DNA of 64,000 bases from Alphaproteobacteria bacterium (GTDB lineage: Bacteria > Pseudomonadota > Alphaproteobacteria > UBA9219). The stretch spans positions 139,306-203,305 of the forward strand of contig JAGWIK010000001.1 in the NCBI GenBank assembly GCA_028866275.1. Reading direction: 5' to 3'. A model generated the notes under the pieces. That model was not told the origin of the DNA and did no database searches. It saw only the letters and a list, made by a program, of their open reading frames with translations. The translations under genes and the position numbers were made by a program. This document shows, in pieces, positions 1 to 9,485 of this stretch; the stretch's first letter is position 1; every line of letters begins with the position of its first letter.

Positions 1-284
1 CTGACCGTGCTATTCTGTCGCCTTTATGGGGTGTGAATGCAGATTTTACCGAACACCCGATCAGCTACAGGGAAGCCTTGAATGGCTGGAAACTGGATAA
101 GGAAACGGCGCACGGAATACTCAACATATCCGGCGCATCGGCTTTGGCTGCCGGCGCCGTTCTGATGGATGCTTCCTCCTTCGGGGAAGAAAAGATTCCT
201 GACGATGTGCGACAGGCGATGCTGCGCGAAATTGCCGAGACAACGGATATCCTTAAATGTGCCGGAGGTTATTATGAGCCTTGA
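1..284 (+). CDS. 3' end of an unknown gene (partial; reading frame is open to the window edge)
   Basis: The frame containing the 33..284 ORF has no stop back to position 3. The C-terminal 94 codons end at TGA 282-284 and overlap the next gene start. No family recognised. Confidence 0.35.
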   Translation, partial: DRAILSPLWGVNADFTEHPISYREALNGWKLDKETAHGILNISGASALAAGAVLMDASSFGEEKIPDDVRQAMLREIAETTDILKCAGGYYEP

Positions 285-1407
285 TATTGTTCGCATCGAG
301 CTTTTTGTCATCGAATTGCCGCTTCTTAAACCCTTTACGACCAGCGTTGGCAGCGTTTATTCGCGCCGACTGGTTCTGGTCAAGATGACCGACCGGCAAG
401 GCGTTGTCGGCTGGGGCGAGGCTACGCCTCTTGCGGAACCGATCTACAAGCCAGATTATTTCGGCTCGACCCTGGCTGTGCTGGAGCAAATTCTGGCTCC
501 TGCGGTGCTGCGCCACGGTGTCTACGAAACACCAGAAGCATTGGATGACTCGTTGGCTTTTGTGCGCGGTCATTACTTTGCCAAGGCAGCACTGTCTATC
601 GCGGCTTATGACATTGCCGCGCAGAAGAAGAACCAGAATTTGGCCGAATATCTCGGCGCGACCAAGACGGAAGTTGCCCTGTCCCACACCATTGCCATCA
701 CCAAATCTCCGCAAGAGATGCTGGATGAGGCGGCCCAGGCTATTGAAGACGGCTATAAGGACATAAAACTGAAAATCGCGCCGCAGGCCGATTTGTCCTT
801 TGCTCGCGCGTTGCGTCATAAATATCCTGATCTTCCACTCATGGTCGATGCCAATGCAGCCTACCGCTATAATGACAACACATTGCGGCTATTCCGCGAG
901 ATCGACGAATTAAACTTCTTCTGTATCGAGCAGCCCTTGGACTGGAATGATCTTTACGACCATTCCCGCCTGCAGAAGCAGATCAGAACGCCCATCGCGC
1001 TGGATGAAAGCGTGGACTGCGTTCATGATCTTGAACAAGCTCTGGCACTACAAAGCGGTCGTCTGCTCAACATCAAGATATCGCGTGTGGGCGGGTTAAC
1101 AGCGGCAAAGCGTCTGTATGACCTGGGACGTCAAAGCAAAACCGGACTGTGGGTTGGAGGCATGATCGAAGGCCCGATCGGCTTGGCTTCTGTCATCGCT
1201 TTTAGCGCTTTGTCGGGGCTTGAGTATCCGGCTGACTTTATTGACTCGCATTATCTTATCGAAGGCTTTGCGGATTATTTTGATAAAGAACCGTACACGC
1301 TTGCCGACGGCAAACTGACGCCCCATTTTACAAGATCAGGGCTAGGGCTGGCAATTAATTACGATCATATTTGTCAAAAAGCCGTAACCTATCTATTGAC
1401 CTTCTGA
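274..1407 (+). CDS. Enolase-superfamily enzyme (o-succinylbenzoate synthase / N-acylamino-acid racemase / dipeptide epimerase-like)
   Basis: The 169..1407 ORF has an internal ATG at 274 preceded by GGAGG. Catalytic signatures are present: KxK (IKLKI), MVDANAAY, CIEQP, ALDES, NIKISRVGG. About 377 aa. Confidence 0.8.
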   Translation: MSLDIVRIELFVIELPLLKPFTTSVGSVYSRRLVLVKMTDRQGVVGWGEATPLAEPIYKPDYFGSTLAVLEQILAPAVLRHGVYETPEALDDSLAFVRGHYFAKAALSIAAYDIAAQKKNQNLAEYLGATKTEVALSHTIAITKSPQEMLDEAAQAIEDGYKDIKLKIAPQADLSFARALRHKYPDLPLMVDANAAYRYNDNTLRLFREIDELNFFCIEQPLDWNDLYDHSRLQKQIRTPIALDESVDCVHDLEQALALQSGRLLNIKISRVGGLTAAKRLYDLGRQSKTGLWVGGMIEGPIGLASVIAFSALSGLEYPADFIDSHYLIEGFADYFDKEPYTLADGKLTPHFTRSGLGLAINYDHICQKAVTYLLTF

Positions 1408-1416
1408 AAAAAAATC

Positions 1417-2196
1417 ATGCCCCATTTATTGTCTGCAAAAGAACCGAAATCTTTCAGAATGATACGGGAGAAGAGGGATCGGTCTTTTCTTTTCGTATGT
1501 GACCACGCCAGCAACAAAGTTCCATCCATATTAAATCACCTGGGCCTTCCTGACAGTGAGCTGGGGAGGCACATCGGTTACGATATAGGATCTGCACGTG
1601 TTACGGAAATTCTGGCGAACCAGCTGGGTGCTGCGGCTATTCTTCAAAATTACTCACGGCTTGTAATTGACTGTAACCGTTTTACGGACGAGCCGTCGTT
1701 GATACCTGAAGTCAGCGATGGGACAATTATCCCTGCCAATATTAATCTTTCCACTCAGGACAAAGCCGCGAGGATTGCAGAAATCTTTGATCCGTATCAT
1801 GAGGCCATCGCGGGCACACTGAAGCGCCTTGAGAAAAATAGCCCACCTGTCACGGTAGTGGCCATCCATAGCTTTACCCCTTGCTTGCAACAGAATGGTA
1901 CACAACGACCATGGCAGATCGGAGTTTTGTGGAGGAACGACAAAGAGTCTGCGCACAGGTTGATCAGTTTCCTGCAGCAGCATACGACATGGGCTGTTGG
2001 AGAAAATGAGCCGTATTCGATGATTAATGATAAGAGTTATACCATCAATAGCCATGCTGAAGCCAAAGGCAGGCCTGGGCTTCTTATTGAGATTCGACAA
2101 GATGAAATATCCACAGATGTTGGGCAACAGCGGGTTGCTGAGGTCTTGTGTGCTTTTTTTGACGATTGGGGCAAGAACCCCAAATGCCTCCGGTAA
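1417..2196 (+). CDS. N-formylglutamate amidohydrolase family protein (FGase-like hydrolase)
   Basis: 259 aa with family-like motifs (FVCDHASN, VAIHSFTP). Lies 9 nt after the upstream gene and is AT-rich. Confidence 0.6.
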   Translation: MPHLLSAKEPKSFRMIREKRDRSFLFVCDHASNKVPSILNHLGLPDSELGRHIGYDIGSARVTEILANQLGAAAILQNYSRLVIDCNRFTDEPSLIPEVSDGTIIPANINLSTQDKAARIAEIFDPYHEAIAGTLKRLEKNSPPVTVVAIHSFTPCLQQNGTQRPWQIGVLWRNDKESAHRLISFLQQHTTWAVGENEPYSMINDKSYTINSHAEAKGRPGLLIEIRQDEISTDVGQQRVAEVLCAFFDDWGKNPKCLR

Positions 2197-2304
2197 GTTC
2201 CGTGACAACAAGGAAACAACAAGGAAAAAGCACTCTTCCCCATAAAAAATAGGTTTTCTATCCTGACAGGGATAGCTGCGACTTTTTTTGATGGGGTTCT
2301 TGCG

Positions 2305-3150
2305 TCAGGGTTCGGCAAAAGGGTCTTTGACGTTAACGCCCGGTGGGATGATGCCGTTCGGGCGGCCGGGTTTGAGAAGATAAATGTCCTCGGCATTATC
2401 CAGCGTTCTTTGCGTTGCCATGATGTCGCGAATGGGGGCTCTTTCTCCGAAAATGTAACCTTCGTCACGATAACCATGCGCGCTGTCGCCGTGAATGTGG
2501 CGTATCCAGCAATTGCCGGGATTTTTCTCGGCTTCCAGCCATTCCGGCGCATAGCGCATCCACCCCATCGTTATCGCGCGGACCGTGACGCCGTGGTTGA
2601 TGATAACCGCATGGCGGATGTCGTGCTTGCGCCAATCATCCAGCAGTGTGCCGAAAAAATGTTTGACTCTGATGACGATGTCGATGCGGCTCTCGCCCAA
2701 AGGCGATTTGGCGTAAACTCGTCCATTGAAGTCAATATGCTTTTGATAATCGGCGGCCTCGTTCGGGTGCTGTTCCGTGTAGGAACCGTCATCCAGGCCA
2801 TCGAAAAGCCCTGCCTTTTGTTCAAATAAAAACGGATCCTCGCGATAGGTCAGGGTGCCTGAAGCATGATCAAATTTTCTGCCCAAGGGGCGCAGGACAT
2901 GAAAAGCCGTCTCGCGCGCGCGGTAATACGGGCTGTACCAGACGCGGATTTTCCCGAAATGCTCCGGGTCTTTCCCTTGCGCTTCGAGAAGATGGTTGGC
3001 AAGAAAATTACCGGCACTCTCGGCCTGCTCGACCCCTCTCTCCGTCAGGCGGATCGCATGATCTGCCTTGGTTTGATAAAGACGGCGATTAATATTGCCT
3101 TCGGTTTCGCCATGGCGAACAAGGTAGAGATTGATTTTACTGTCGGCCAT
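2305..3150 (-). CDS. Histidine phosphatase family protein (phosphoglycerate-mutase-like)
   Basis: N-terminal LYLVRHGETEGN is the RHG catalytic motif. 281 aa. Confidence 0.8.
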   Translation of the reverse strand: MADSKINLYLVRHGETEGNINRRLYQTKADHAIRLTERGVEQAESAGNFLANHLLEAQGKDPEHFGKIRVWYSPYYRARETAFHVLRPLGRKFDHASGTLTYREDPFLFEQKAGLFDGLDDGSYTEQHPNEAADYQKHIDFNGRVYAKSPLGESRIDIVIRVKHFFGTLLDDWRKHDIRHAVIINHGVTVRAITMGWMRYAPEWLEAEKNPGNCWIRHIHGDSAHGYRDEGYIFGERAPIRDIMATQRTLDNAEDIYLLKPGRPNGIIPPGVNVKDPFAEP

Positions 3151-3324
3151 TTTGACTTCTTTCTAACAGACAAAACCGTAATATGGGCTGTAAGCTTAGG
3201 CCATCTTCGGTGTTGTGCGAACATAAAATTGGGGTCCGGACATTAACCATAATGCTGCGGCGCGCTGGATTATATTGCCTGGCATATCTGTTCTTGGTAG
3301 CGTTTTGGGGTATTGGAATAACGG

Positions 3325-4407
3325 ATGGACATGATGTCGCAAGGCGAAAAAGAACAAGGTCTTCTGGAACGGGCTTATCTAGCATTTGATCGAGCAGGAC
3401 GAAATATGCATAAACCGGCGCCATTTCCTGATGCGCCCCATGATGCGGCCAAACACATTCAGCAGGCGATCGCCTATGCGCGCGAGAACCCAGTTATCGA
3501 TCTAGATGAAGCCATAAGTAAGGTAAATGCAGGAGAAGCGCCGCCGTCTCTTAACAATCCCATCCTGCAAATTATGAGTGATATTTGGGGCGACATGGAC
3601 GAAGACGCAGGCATTGGCGGTCTCAAGAGAGAGCCGGGTGCGATGACGTTAGTCGATAGGTTGCGCGAGGCAGGAAATCCGCAGACAGAAAAAGAAATTA
3701 CGCTCGCGCGTATCCACGATGTTTTTGATGATTTGCAGATTGGTGGCACAATTGGCTTGCTTATGAAGGATAGTATGCAGGGAAAGGTCGTTTACGGTGA
3801 GATCTCGCCTGAAGATGCTAACAAAATCCTCGACTATCCTCAGGCCATCCTGCAAATCGCGGAGATACATAAAAAAGCTTATGATATGCAACGGCGTTGT
3901 ACGTTGCTGCATCTTGCGGAAAAGGGTGGTTTTGTTCCCGAAATAGTCGGCGCCTATGCTGACAAAGCGTCAACCCAATATCTGGCAGATTTGGGGGTTC
4001 CGGAACTTATCAAGAATGCCGCGACTGCGTCAAAGGATGCGCGCAGAAAGTTGAATAAACAAATTAGATGGGTGATGGCGCCGACGACTTTTGTCGGTGG
4101 TGTAATCGGCGAAACCATACTGTCCCACATCTTCGAATTGTCGAGTCCGCTAAGCTCTGTGGGCGGGTATGTCGATGGCATTATTTGCTACCTGCCTGGG
4201 GCGGTTCTTTTCGGGGCAGCTGCACATCTTGTTTTGAGAAATGGCAAGCCTGCAAGGAATCTTGCGGCCATCAGAAAACCGGTGTTGGTCATCAATGAAT
4301 ATATTCAGGGTGGTTACAAGACAGCGCTGCGGCCGGGGTCGGTGCGCGATGCTGCTGTGGAATTACGGGACGTTCTCAACAAAATACAGCCATCAATACC
4401 GGGCTAG
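3325..4407 (+). CDS. Hypothetical membrane-anchored protein (soluble N-terminal domain, two C-terminal TM helices)
   Basis: 360-aa ORF in an AT-rich segment. Hydrophobic segments WVMAPTTFVGGVIGETILSHIF and GGYVDGIICYLPGAVLFGAAAHLVL. No family recognised. Confidence 0.5.
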   Translation: MDMMSQGEKEQGLLERAYLAFDRAGRNMHKPAPFPDAPHDAAKHIQQAIAYARENPVIDLDEAISKVNAGEAPPSLNNPILQIMSDIWGDMDEDAGIGGLKREPGAMTLVDRLREAGNPQTEKEITLARIHDVFDDLQIGGTIGLLMKDSMQGKVVYGEISPEDANKILDYPQAILQIAEIHKKAYDMQRRCTLLHLAEKGGFVPEIVGAYADKASTQYLADLGVPELIKNAATASKDARRKLNKQIRWVMAPTTFVGGVIGETILSHIFELSSPLSSVGGYVDGIICYLPGAVLFGAAAHLVLRNGKPARNLAAIRKPVLVINEYIQGGYKTALRPGSVRDAAVELRDVLNKIQPSIPG

Positions 4408-4421
4408 ATATCCAAAAAATA

Positions 4422-5593
4422 ATGCAGGCAATGCAACAATATTTTCGACCCCAGATTAACACGTTTACAGACAAGGCCAACTTCGTTTTGTATGGGGCTG
4501 CCGGCGCAGCTTTATGCGTGGGGGTCGAATATGCGACCAATATGCCGAAGTTAGTCATGGGGGCGGCATTTGTTGCCGCTGCTGCTTTCAACTATTTTCA
4601 TACAGTGGGGGCAAACTATATTTTGGATAGAAATTTTCCTCCCACGCCGGAAAAGAAATTGCCTGCCGGGTCAGAAGATTTACCCAATATGATGACGGGG
4701 GTCTCAGAAAAACTCGATGTTTCCTTGCCGCATCTTCATGTCATTGAGGAAAGAAAAGATAACTGGCTTAGTGAAAAGAATGGAATATTTTTGGAGGATG
4801 ATGTCAGGCCATTCACAAAAGACGACATCCGCAGTTACCGTGAACTGGAAGCAGCTGCACTCCTCAGAATAAACGCGAACGCCATGACCTATGGCACCAA
4901 AAAAACGGGCGTGATTGTTCAGGCAAGCTTGTAAAACTCCTGTTGCCTGAGGATAAGGCGTTTCTCATAGCGCATGAGCTCGGACATCAGGCGGCACGTC
5001 ATTTGTCAAAAGCGCGCGCCATTGCCATACTTGCGACGACGGCCAGTTATACCGGCTTCGCCAATTTTATCCTGACGACTTTCAGTAATTGGACGGGGTG
5101 GATGGCGCCTGCCTCGGGGATGGGTATCGCTTTAGGGTCGAGTTGGGCGTTGCCCAAAGTTCTACCTGACTCTGTGTGGAATAAGCATGGCCCTGTTCTG
5201 AAGTTTGCCAGCCCCGCACTTGGTATTGGGGCCATATTGGGCGTTTCTTATCTTAGCCATAATCCGCAGATTGCTGCGGCTTGGGGAATGGCGCTCGCTA
5301 CAAACCTAACGGCAAAAATGGTGTATGCGGGGTATAGCAGGGAAAATGAATTTCAAGCTGATCGCATCGGCGCGGAAACCATCGGCAATCCGCAACAGGC
5401 AGCCATAAGTTTGCAAAATATTCACGAGCATCTTCAGGTAAATGCGGACAAAGCTGCGGCGGGCACAGCTTTAAAAAAGACTTTGATACTTTGGGCGTTT
5501 GAAAGAGCGAAAGAACTTTTTTCCGAGAGCCCTCTCATAGACAAACGCATCAAGCGTTTGGAAAGAATGTCGATGACGCCCCCGATGCCTTAA
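4422..5593 (+). pseudogene. M48 (HtpX-like) zinc metallopeptidase split by a frameshift near 4925-4935
   Basis: ORF 4422..4934 gives the N-terminal TM region and ...NANAMTYG..VIVQASL. ORF 4943..5593 (TTG start) continues in another frame with LIAHELGHQAARH (HEXXH) and the ENEFQADRIG third-ligand motif. Translating that frame upstream of 4943 gives GKLVKLLLPEDKAFLIAHELGH. Together they form one canonical M48 catalytic core. Confidence 0.7.
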
Positions 5594-5760
5594 GGGCTAA
5601 TGGCCCTGTCCGAATACGATGCTTTTTCGGTAAGGTAGGGGCATTATTACACTGTAATAAAATCTGTGGGTAACAGTGGGGGTTCTGGTCTTTTGGTGTT
5701 ACTCGATGTAATCTAACACACTGATTGTGTTTATTTATCTTGCGTTGACATGGTAGGGGT

Positions 5761-5789
5761 CACAGGTTCAATCCCTGTCGCGCCCACCA
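5761..5789 (+). other. Fragment of a tRNA 3' end (T-arm, acceptor 3' strand, CCA); putative att-site remnant
   Basis: cacagGTTCAATcctgt-cgcgccc-a-CCA forms the T-stem ACAGG/CCTGT with loop TTCAATC, a 7-nt acceptor strand, a discriminator and CCA. No matching 5' half (GGGCGCG, D-arm) within 100 nt upstream. Confidence 0.55.
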
Positions 5790-5819
5790 TCTAAATCAAA
5801 AGCTTAGATGGTGTTTTGA
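5785..5819 (+). terminator. Rho-independent terminator-like hairpin right after the tRNA fragment
   Basis: caccatctaa-atcaaaagc-ttagatggtg is a perfect 10-bp stem, followed by TTTTG. Confidence 0.5.
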
Positions 5820-5900
5820 ATTTAGCCTTAAAATTTGGGGCAGTATCCGGGGCAGTAACCCCCTCATCCTCATCGGTTTCGCTAATTATCCGTAATCCAA

Positions 5901-7274
5901 TCATCTGTAATCCGACGTCTTGGCTGCTGACGGCGCAGGGCGGGCGCATCCATTTTTTTCCTTTGTGATGATGCGTGCGACATCGGCTGCTTGTTCGCGC
6001 AATTCCGGAACCGCGATTGATTCATACAATTTGCCTTTCAACAGGCTTCCAAGAACGTACAGGCCGTCGACTTTGTGGCCGGCAGCGTTGCAGGCAGTGT
6101 AATCTTCAGACTCAATGCCGAGCCGGAGATCGTCGGCGGTAATAAGATTGGCTTTCAGCAGATTCTGCACAAGCGGGTCGCCAAGCCTGCGGAAGTCGGC
6201 CTGAGGCCCCGTGCAGCGTACGATTTTCTGAACGGCGAGCGTTTCCGGCGACATCGACCCGCGCGGACGCCAAAGAACATCCACGCCTTTTTCGTGGGTC
6301 GTTTGTTTGATGATCGTGCCGTGATGGAGCGCCAGCCTTCCCGCCTGTTCCAATCCGCGATAGGCGTCCATGATTTTGGGCGCGCAGCGATGGCGATGCA
6401 CATCCCAATAAGCCCGCAAGTGCCTCATAAATCTGCGCTGTTCGTCACGATTTAACGATTGCCAGAGCTGTTGATTCAAGGGGCGCAGGGAATCGATGAC
6501 GGCCTGCCACGGCGTGTCCGGCGCGTCGGCGATTTCCTGGCGTATCCATTTGCACAAGCCAAGCGCTGTCGCGGGATAAGGCGGCCGCATCTTCAGTATA
6601 TGGGATTCCGGATTCGTATGTTCGCGCGGTAACAAGCCGTGTCGCGATAGAAGATGTATTTTGCCGGTCTGTTTGGTTTTTGCCATCGTAACGACCAGAT
6701 CAAGGCTGGTCAGCCCTGTGCCGACAATCAAAATATCCCCGTGGCCGGCCAGGTCTTTCCATGTTTCCGGCGCATAAGGGTTCATCTCGTCTGCGTTGCC
6801 GGAAAGTTGGTCCGGCGGGAAATTGCCCAGAGCCAGAACGATGCTTTCCGATGTCAGAATCCGGCCATCGTCGGAGCGCAATTCAAAACCGTTCTGAAGC
6901 TGCCGGACATCTGCGATGCGGCGCGTCAACAGGCTCAGTCGCGGATTTGCGGCACGGGCCTGGGCCAGAATTTCGCCCAGATAACGCCCGTAAACCATGC
7001 GCGGCGCGAAATCCTGTCTGGACAAGTTGATGTCAGGCTGCGCCTCGAGCCAATGCCAGAAATGGCGTTGATCATCTGCGAACGCGCCCATTTGCTCGGC
7101 CCGCACATTTAAAAGGTGATCGGGGTCAGTGGTGCCATAGGCAAGCCCGCGGCCCGGGATGGGGTTTCTTTCAATAAGGGCCACGGGCATGTCCGGAGCA
7201 AGCCGCGCAAGATGGACGGCGACCATCGTGCCGCAGAAGCCGGCGCCGATAATGGCAACTTTATAGTCCGGCAT
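5901..7274 (-). CDS. FAD-dependent oxidoreductase (FAD-NAD(P)-binding family)
   Basis: N-terminal KVAIIGAGFCGTMVA is a Rossmann GxGxxG motif. 457 aa. Confidence 0.75.
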   Translation of the reverse strand: MPDYKVAIIGAGFCGTMVAVHLARLAPDMPVALIERNPIPGRGLAYGTTDPDHLLNVRAEQMGAFADDQRHFWHWLEAQPDINLSRQDFAPRMVYGRYLGEILAQARAANPRLSLLTRRIADVRQLQNGFELRSDDGRILTSESIVLALGNFPPDQLSGNADEMNPYAPETWKDLAGHGDILIVGTGLTSLDLVVTMAKTKQTGKIHLLSRHGLLPREHTNPESHILKMRPPYPATALGLCKWIRQEIADAPDTPWQAVIDSLRPLNQQLWQSLNRDEQRRFMRHLRAYWDVHRHRCAPKIMDAYRGLEQAGRLALHHGTIIKQTTHEKGVDVLWRPRGSMSPETLAVQKIVRCTGPQADFRRLGDPLVQNLLKANLITADDLRLGIESEDYTACNAAGHKVDGLYVLGSLLKGKLYESIAVPELREQAADVARIITKEKNGCARPAPSAAKTSDYR

Positions 7275-7560
7275 GGTGCTGTGCTTTCTTTAACGATTGG
7301 CTTGGCGATGGTTGCCGCCGTTACTGGCGGGCGGCGCCTTGTCGTGGCAGTGAGGAGGGGTAAAGGGCGAGGTAAGGGGGGTAAGCGTAACTTTTCGGAT
7401 TTTGACACGCCAGAGGGCGCGAACTCAATCCCTGTTGTGCCGCCGCCGTTATCGCGGCTTTTTCTTTGGAAAAACCCGTCGTTGTGGGTTGCGTTTGGGG
7501 GCGCGGCCCTATACACCCCACGGGACGTTTTGCCAATCCTGACGAAAGAATATAACGCCC

Positions 7561-9411
7561 ATGCTCTCGCTTCAGAGCCTTTCCTACCGCGTCGGCGGAC
7601 GCACGCTGCTTGACGATGTTTCGGTTAATATTCCGGCGGGCTGGCGTATCGGGCTGGTCGGGCCGAATGGCGCGGGCAAGACGACTTTATTCAAGATTAT
7701 CGCCGGCGATCTGGCCCCCGACGGCGGCGCGGTTTCCTTTATCAAGGGCGCAAGCCTTGGCATGGTGCGTCAGGATTTGCCGAATGACGATACCACCATT
7801 CTGGATGTCGTGCTGGCGGCCGACACCGAACGCGCCGCTTTGATGAAGGAGGTTGAGACGACCGAGGATATGGACCGCATCGGCTATATTTACGACCGGC
7901 TTAACGAAATCGGGGCGTACGAAGCGCCGTCGCGCGCGGCGTCTATTCTGGCGGGGCTGGGGTTCAGCGATGCGGCGCAGAACAGCGCCATTTCTTCTTT
8001 TTCCGGCGGGTGGCGGGCGCGCGTGGCCTTGGCCGCCGCGTTGTTTTTACAGCCGAATGTTTTGCTGCTGGACGAACCGACCAACCATCTGGATTTTGAA
8101 TCCCTTGTTTGGCTGGAAAATTTCATGATGCGGTACAGCCAGACTTTGATTGTCATCAGCCACGACCGCGATATTCTGAACAAGACCGTCGATCATATTT
8201 TGCATCTGGAAAACCAGAAATTGACGCTTTACACCGGCAATTACGACCAGTTCGAACGCGAACGCGCGCAGAAATTGATGAACCAGCAATCGCTGCATGA
8301 AAAGCAAATGGCGCACAAAGCGCATTTGATGAAATTCGTCGACCGTTTCCGCGCATCCGCTGCCAAGGCGCGGCAGGCGCAAAGCCGTTTGAAGGCGATC
8401 GAACGCATGGACATCGTCGACGCCGTGATTGCGGAACGCGTGACCGCGTTTACCTTTCCGCAACCCAAGGAATTGAAACCGCCGATGATCCGGCTCGACC
8501 ATGTCGATGCCGGCTATGTCGCGGGGTCGCCGGTGCTGCGCGGATTGAATCTGTCGATTAACCCGCAGGACCGCATCGCCTTGCTGGGGGCGAACGGCAA
8601 CGGCAAATCGACCCTGATCAAGATATTGTCGGGGCGGTTGCAGCCGATGACGGGAACCATGTTCCGGTCGGGCCAGTTGAAGATCGGCTATTTCGCGCAG
8701 TTCCAGACCGACGAGCTGGATGTCGAGCTGACGCCGTTCGAAGCGTTGCGCGCCGCGATGAACGAACCGTCCGAAGTCAAGGTGCGCGCGATGCTGAGCG
8801 GGTTCGGTTTCACCAAAAGCAAGGCCGACACCAAGATAGGCGGGCTGTCGGGCGGCGAAAAAGCGCGGTTGCTGTTCTGCATGATGAGCTTCGACCAGCC
8901 GCATATTATGTTGCTGGACGAACCGACCAACCATTTGGACATGGATGCGCGGCAGGCCTTGATTCAGGCGTTGAACGATTACACCGGCGCGGTGATTATC
9001 GTCAGCCATGACACTCATCTGGTCGAACGCGTCGCCGATCAGCTATGGCTGGTCGCCGACGGCAAGTGCCAGCCTTTCGACGACGATCTGGACGCCTATC
9101 GCAAGCTGGTAATCAAGCAGCGGCGTCAGGAACGCGAAAAATTGCGGCAGGCGGTGCGCGCGGGCAAGGCGGCGGACGAGCCGCGGGGCGACGAATCCGC
9201 CGCCGACATCGAACGCGATATAAAAAAGCAGGAAGATGCGATTGCCGGGCTGACACAGCGCAAGCATATGCTGGAAGGCGATATCGCCCAGTGTTTCGAG
9301 CAAGGCAAGGACGCCAAACATCTGGCGCAGTTGAACGCGGCCTATGAAAAAACCGTGGCCGAACTGGCGGCGGCGGAAGAGGCGTTGCTGGCGTTGATGG
9401 AGAGGGCTTGA
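7561..9411 (+). CDS. uup: ABC-F family ATPase (Uup-like; two ABC domains and a C-terminal coiled coil)
   Basis: Two Walker A motifs (GPNGAGKTT, GANGNGKST), two signature motifs (FSGGWRAR, LSGGEKAR) and two Walker B motifs (LLLDEPTNHLD). No TM segments. 616 aa. Confidence 0.85.
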   Translation: MLSLQSLSYRVGGRTLLDDVSVNIPAGWRIGLVGPNGAGKTTLFKIIAGDLAPDGGAVSFIKGASLGMVRQDLPNDDTTILDVVLAADTERAALMKEVETTEDMDRIGYIYDRLNEIGAYEAPSRAASILAGLGFSDAAQNSAISSFSGGWRARVALAAALFLQPNVLLLDEPTNHLDFESLVWLENFMMRYSQTLIVISHDRDILNKTVDHILHLENQKLTLYTGNYDQFERERAQKLMNQQSLHEKQMAHKAHLMKFVDRFRASAAKARQAQSRLKAIERMDIVDAVIAERVTAFTFPQPKELKPPMIRLDHVDAGYVAGSPVLRGLNLSINPQDRIALLGANGNGKSTLIKILSGRLQPMTGTMFRSGQLKIGYFAQFQTDELDVELTPFEALRAAMNEPSEVKVRAMLSGFGFTKSKADTKIGGLSGGEKARLLFCMMSFDQPHIMLLDEPTNHLDMDARQALIQALNDYTGAVIIVSHDTHLVERVADQLWLVADGKCQPFDDDLDAYRKLVIKQRRQEREKLRQAVRAGKAADEPRGDESAADIERDIKKQEDAIAGLTQRKHMLEGDIAQCFEQGKDAKHLAQLNAAYEKTVAELAAAEEALLALMERA

Positions 9412-9485
9412 GACGTTGACAGCTTCTTCGCGTTTTGGGACTGTCTGCGTGAAAATCAGGCCCTGACTCCGGGGAGGGGAAGAAG

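Noticed and set aside
2521-2560. cattccggcgca in the phosphatase gene as a second copy of the prmC palindromic element
   Set aside because: Only a 12-nt match without the inverted partner arm; it is ordinary coding sequence (MRYAPEW).
5594-5760. A full tRNA gene upstream of the CCA fragment
   Set aside because: The 80 nt preceding the T-arm are AT-rich. They lack the complementary 5' acceptor strand (GGGCGCG) and a D-arm or anticodon arm. Only the 3' ~29 nt are tRNA-like.
8047-9018. Long antisense ORFs inside high-GC genes: 8047..9018(-) in uup, 11034..11972(+) in glmS, 14608..15933(-) in the photolyase, 16950..17678(-) in sppA, 19257..20309(-) in murC, 29940..31097(-) in tkt, 50412..51875(-) and 50558..51715(+) in ispG/rodZ, 57583..59268(+) in groEL, 61650..62519(-) in dacC
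   Set aside because: They are Arg/Ala/Gly-rich translations with no family signal. They overlap confidently identified genes on the opposite strand. High GC suppresses stop codons, which makes such artefacts common.
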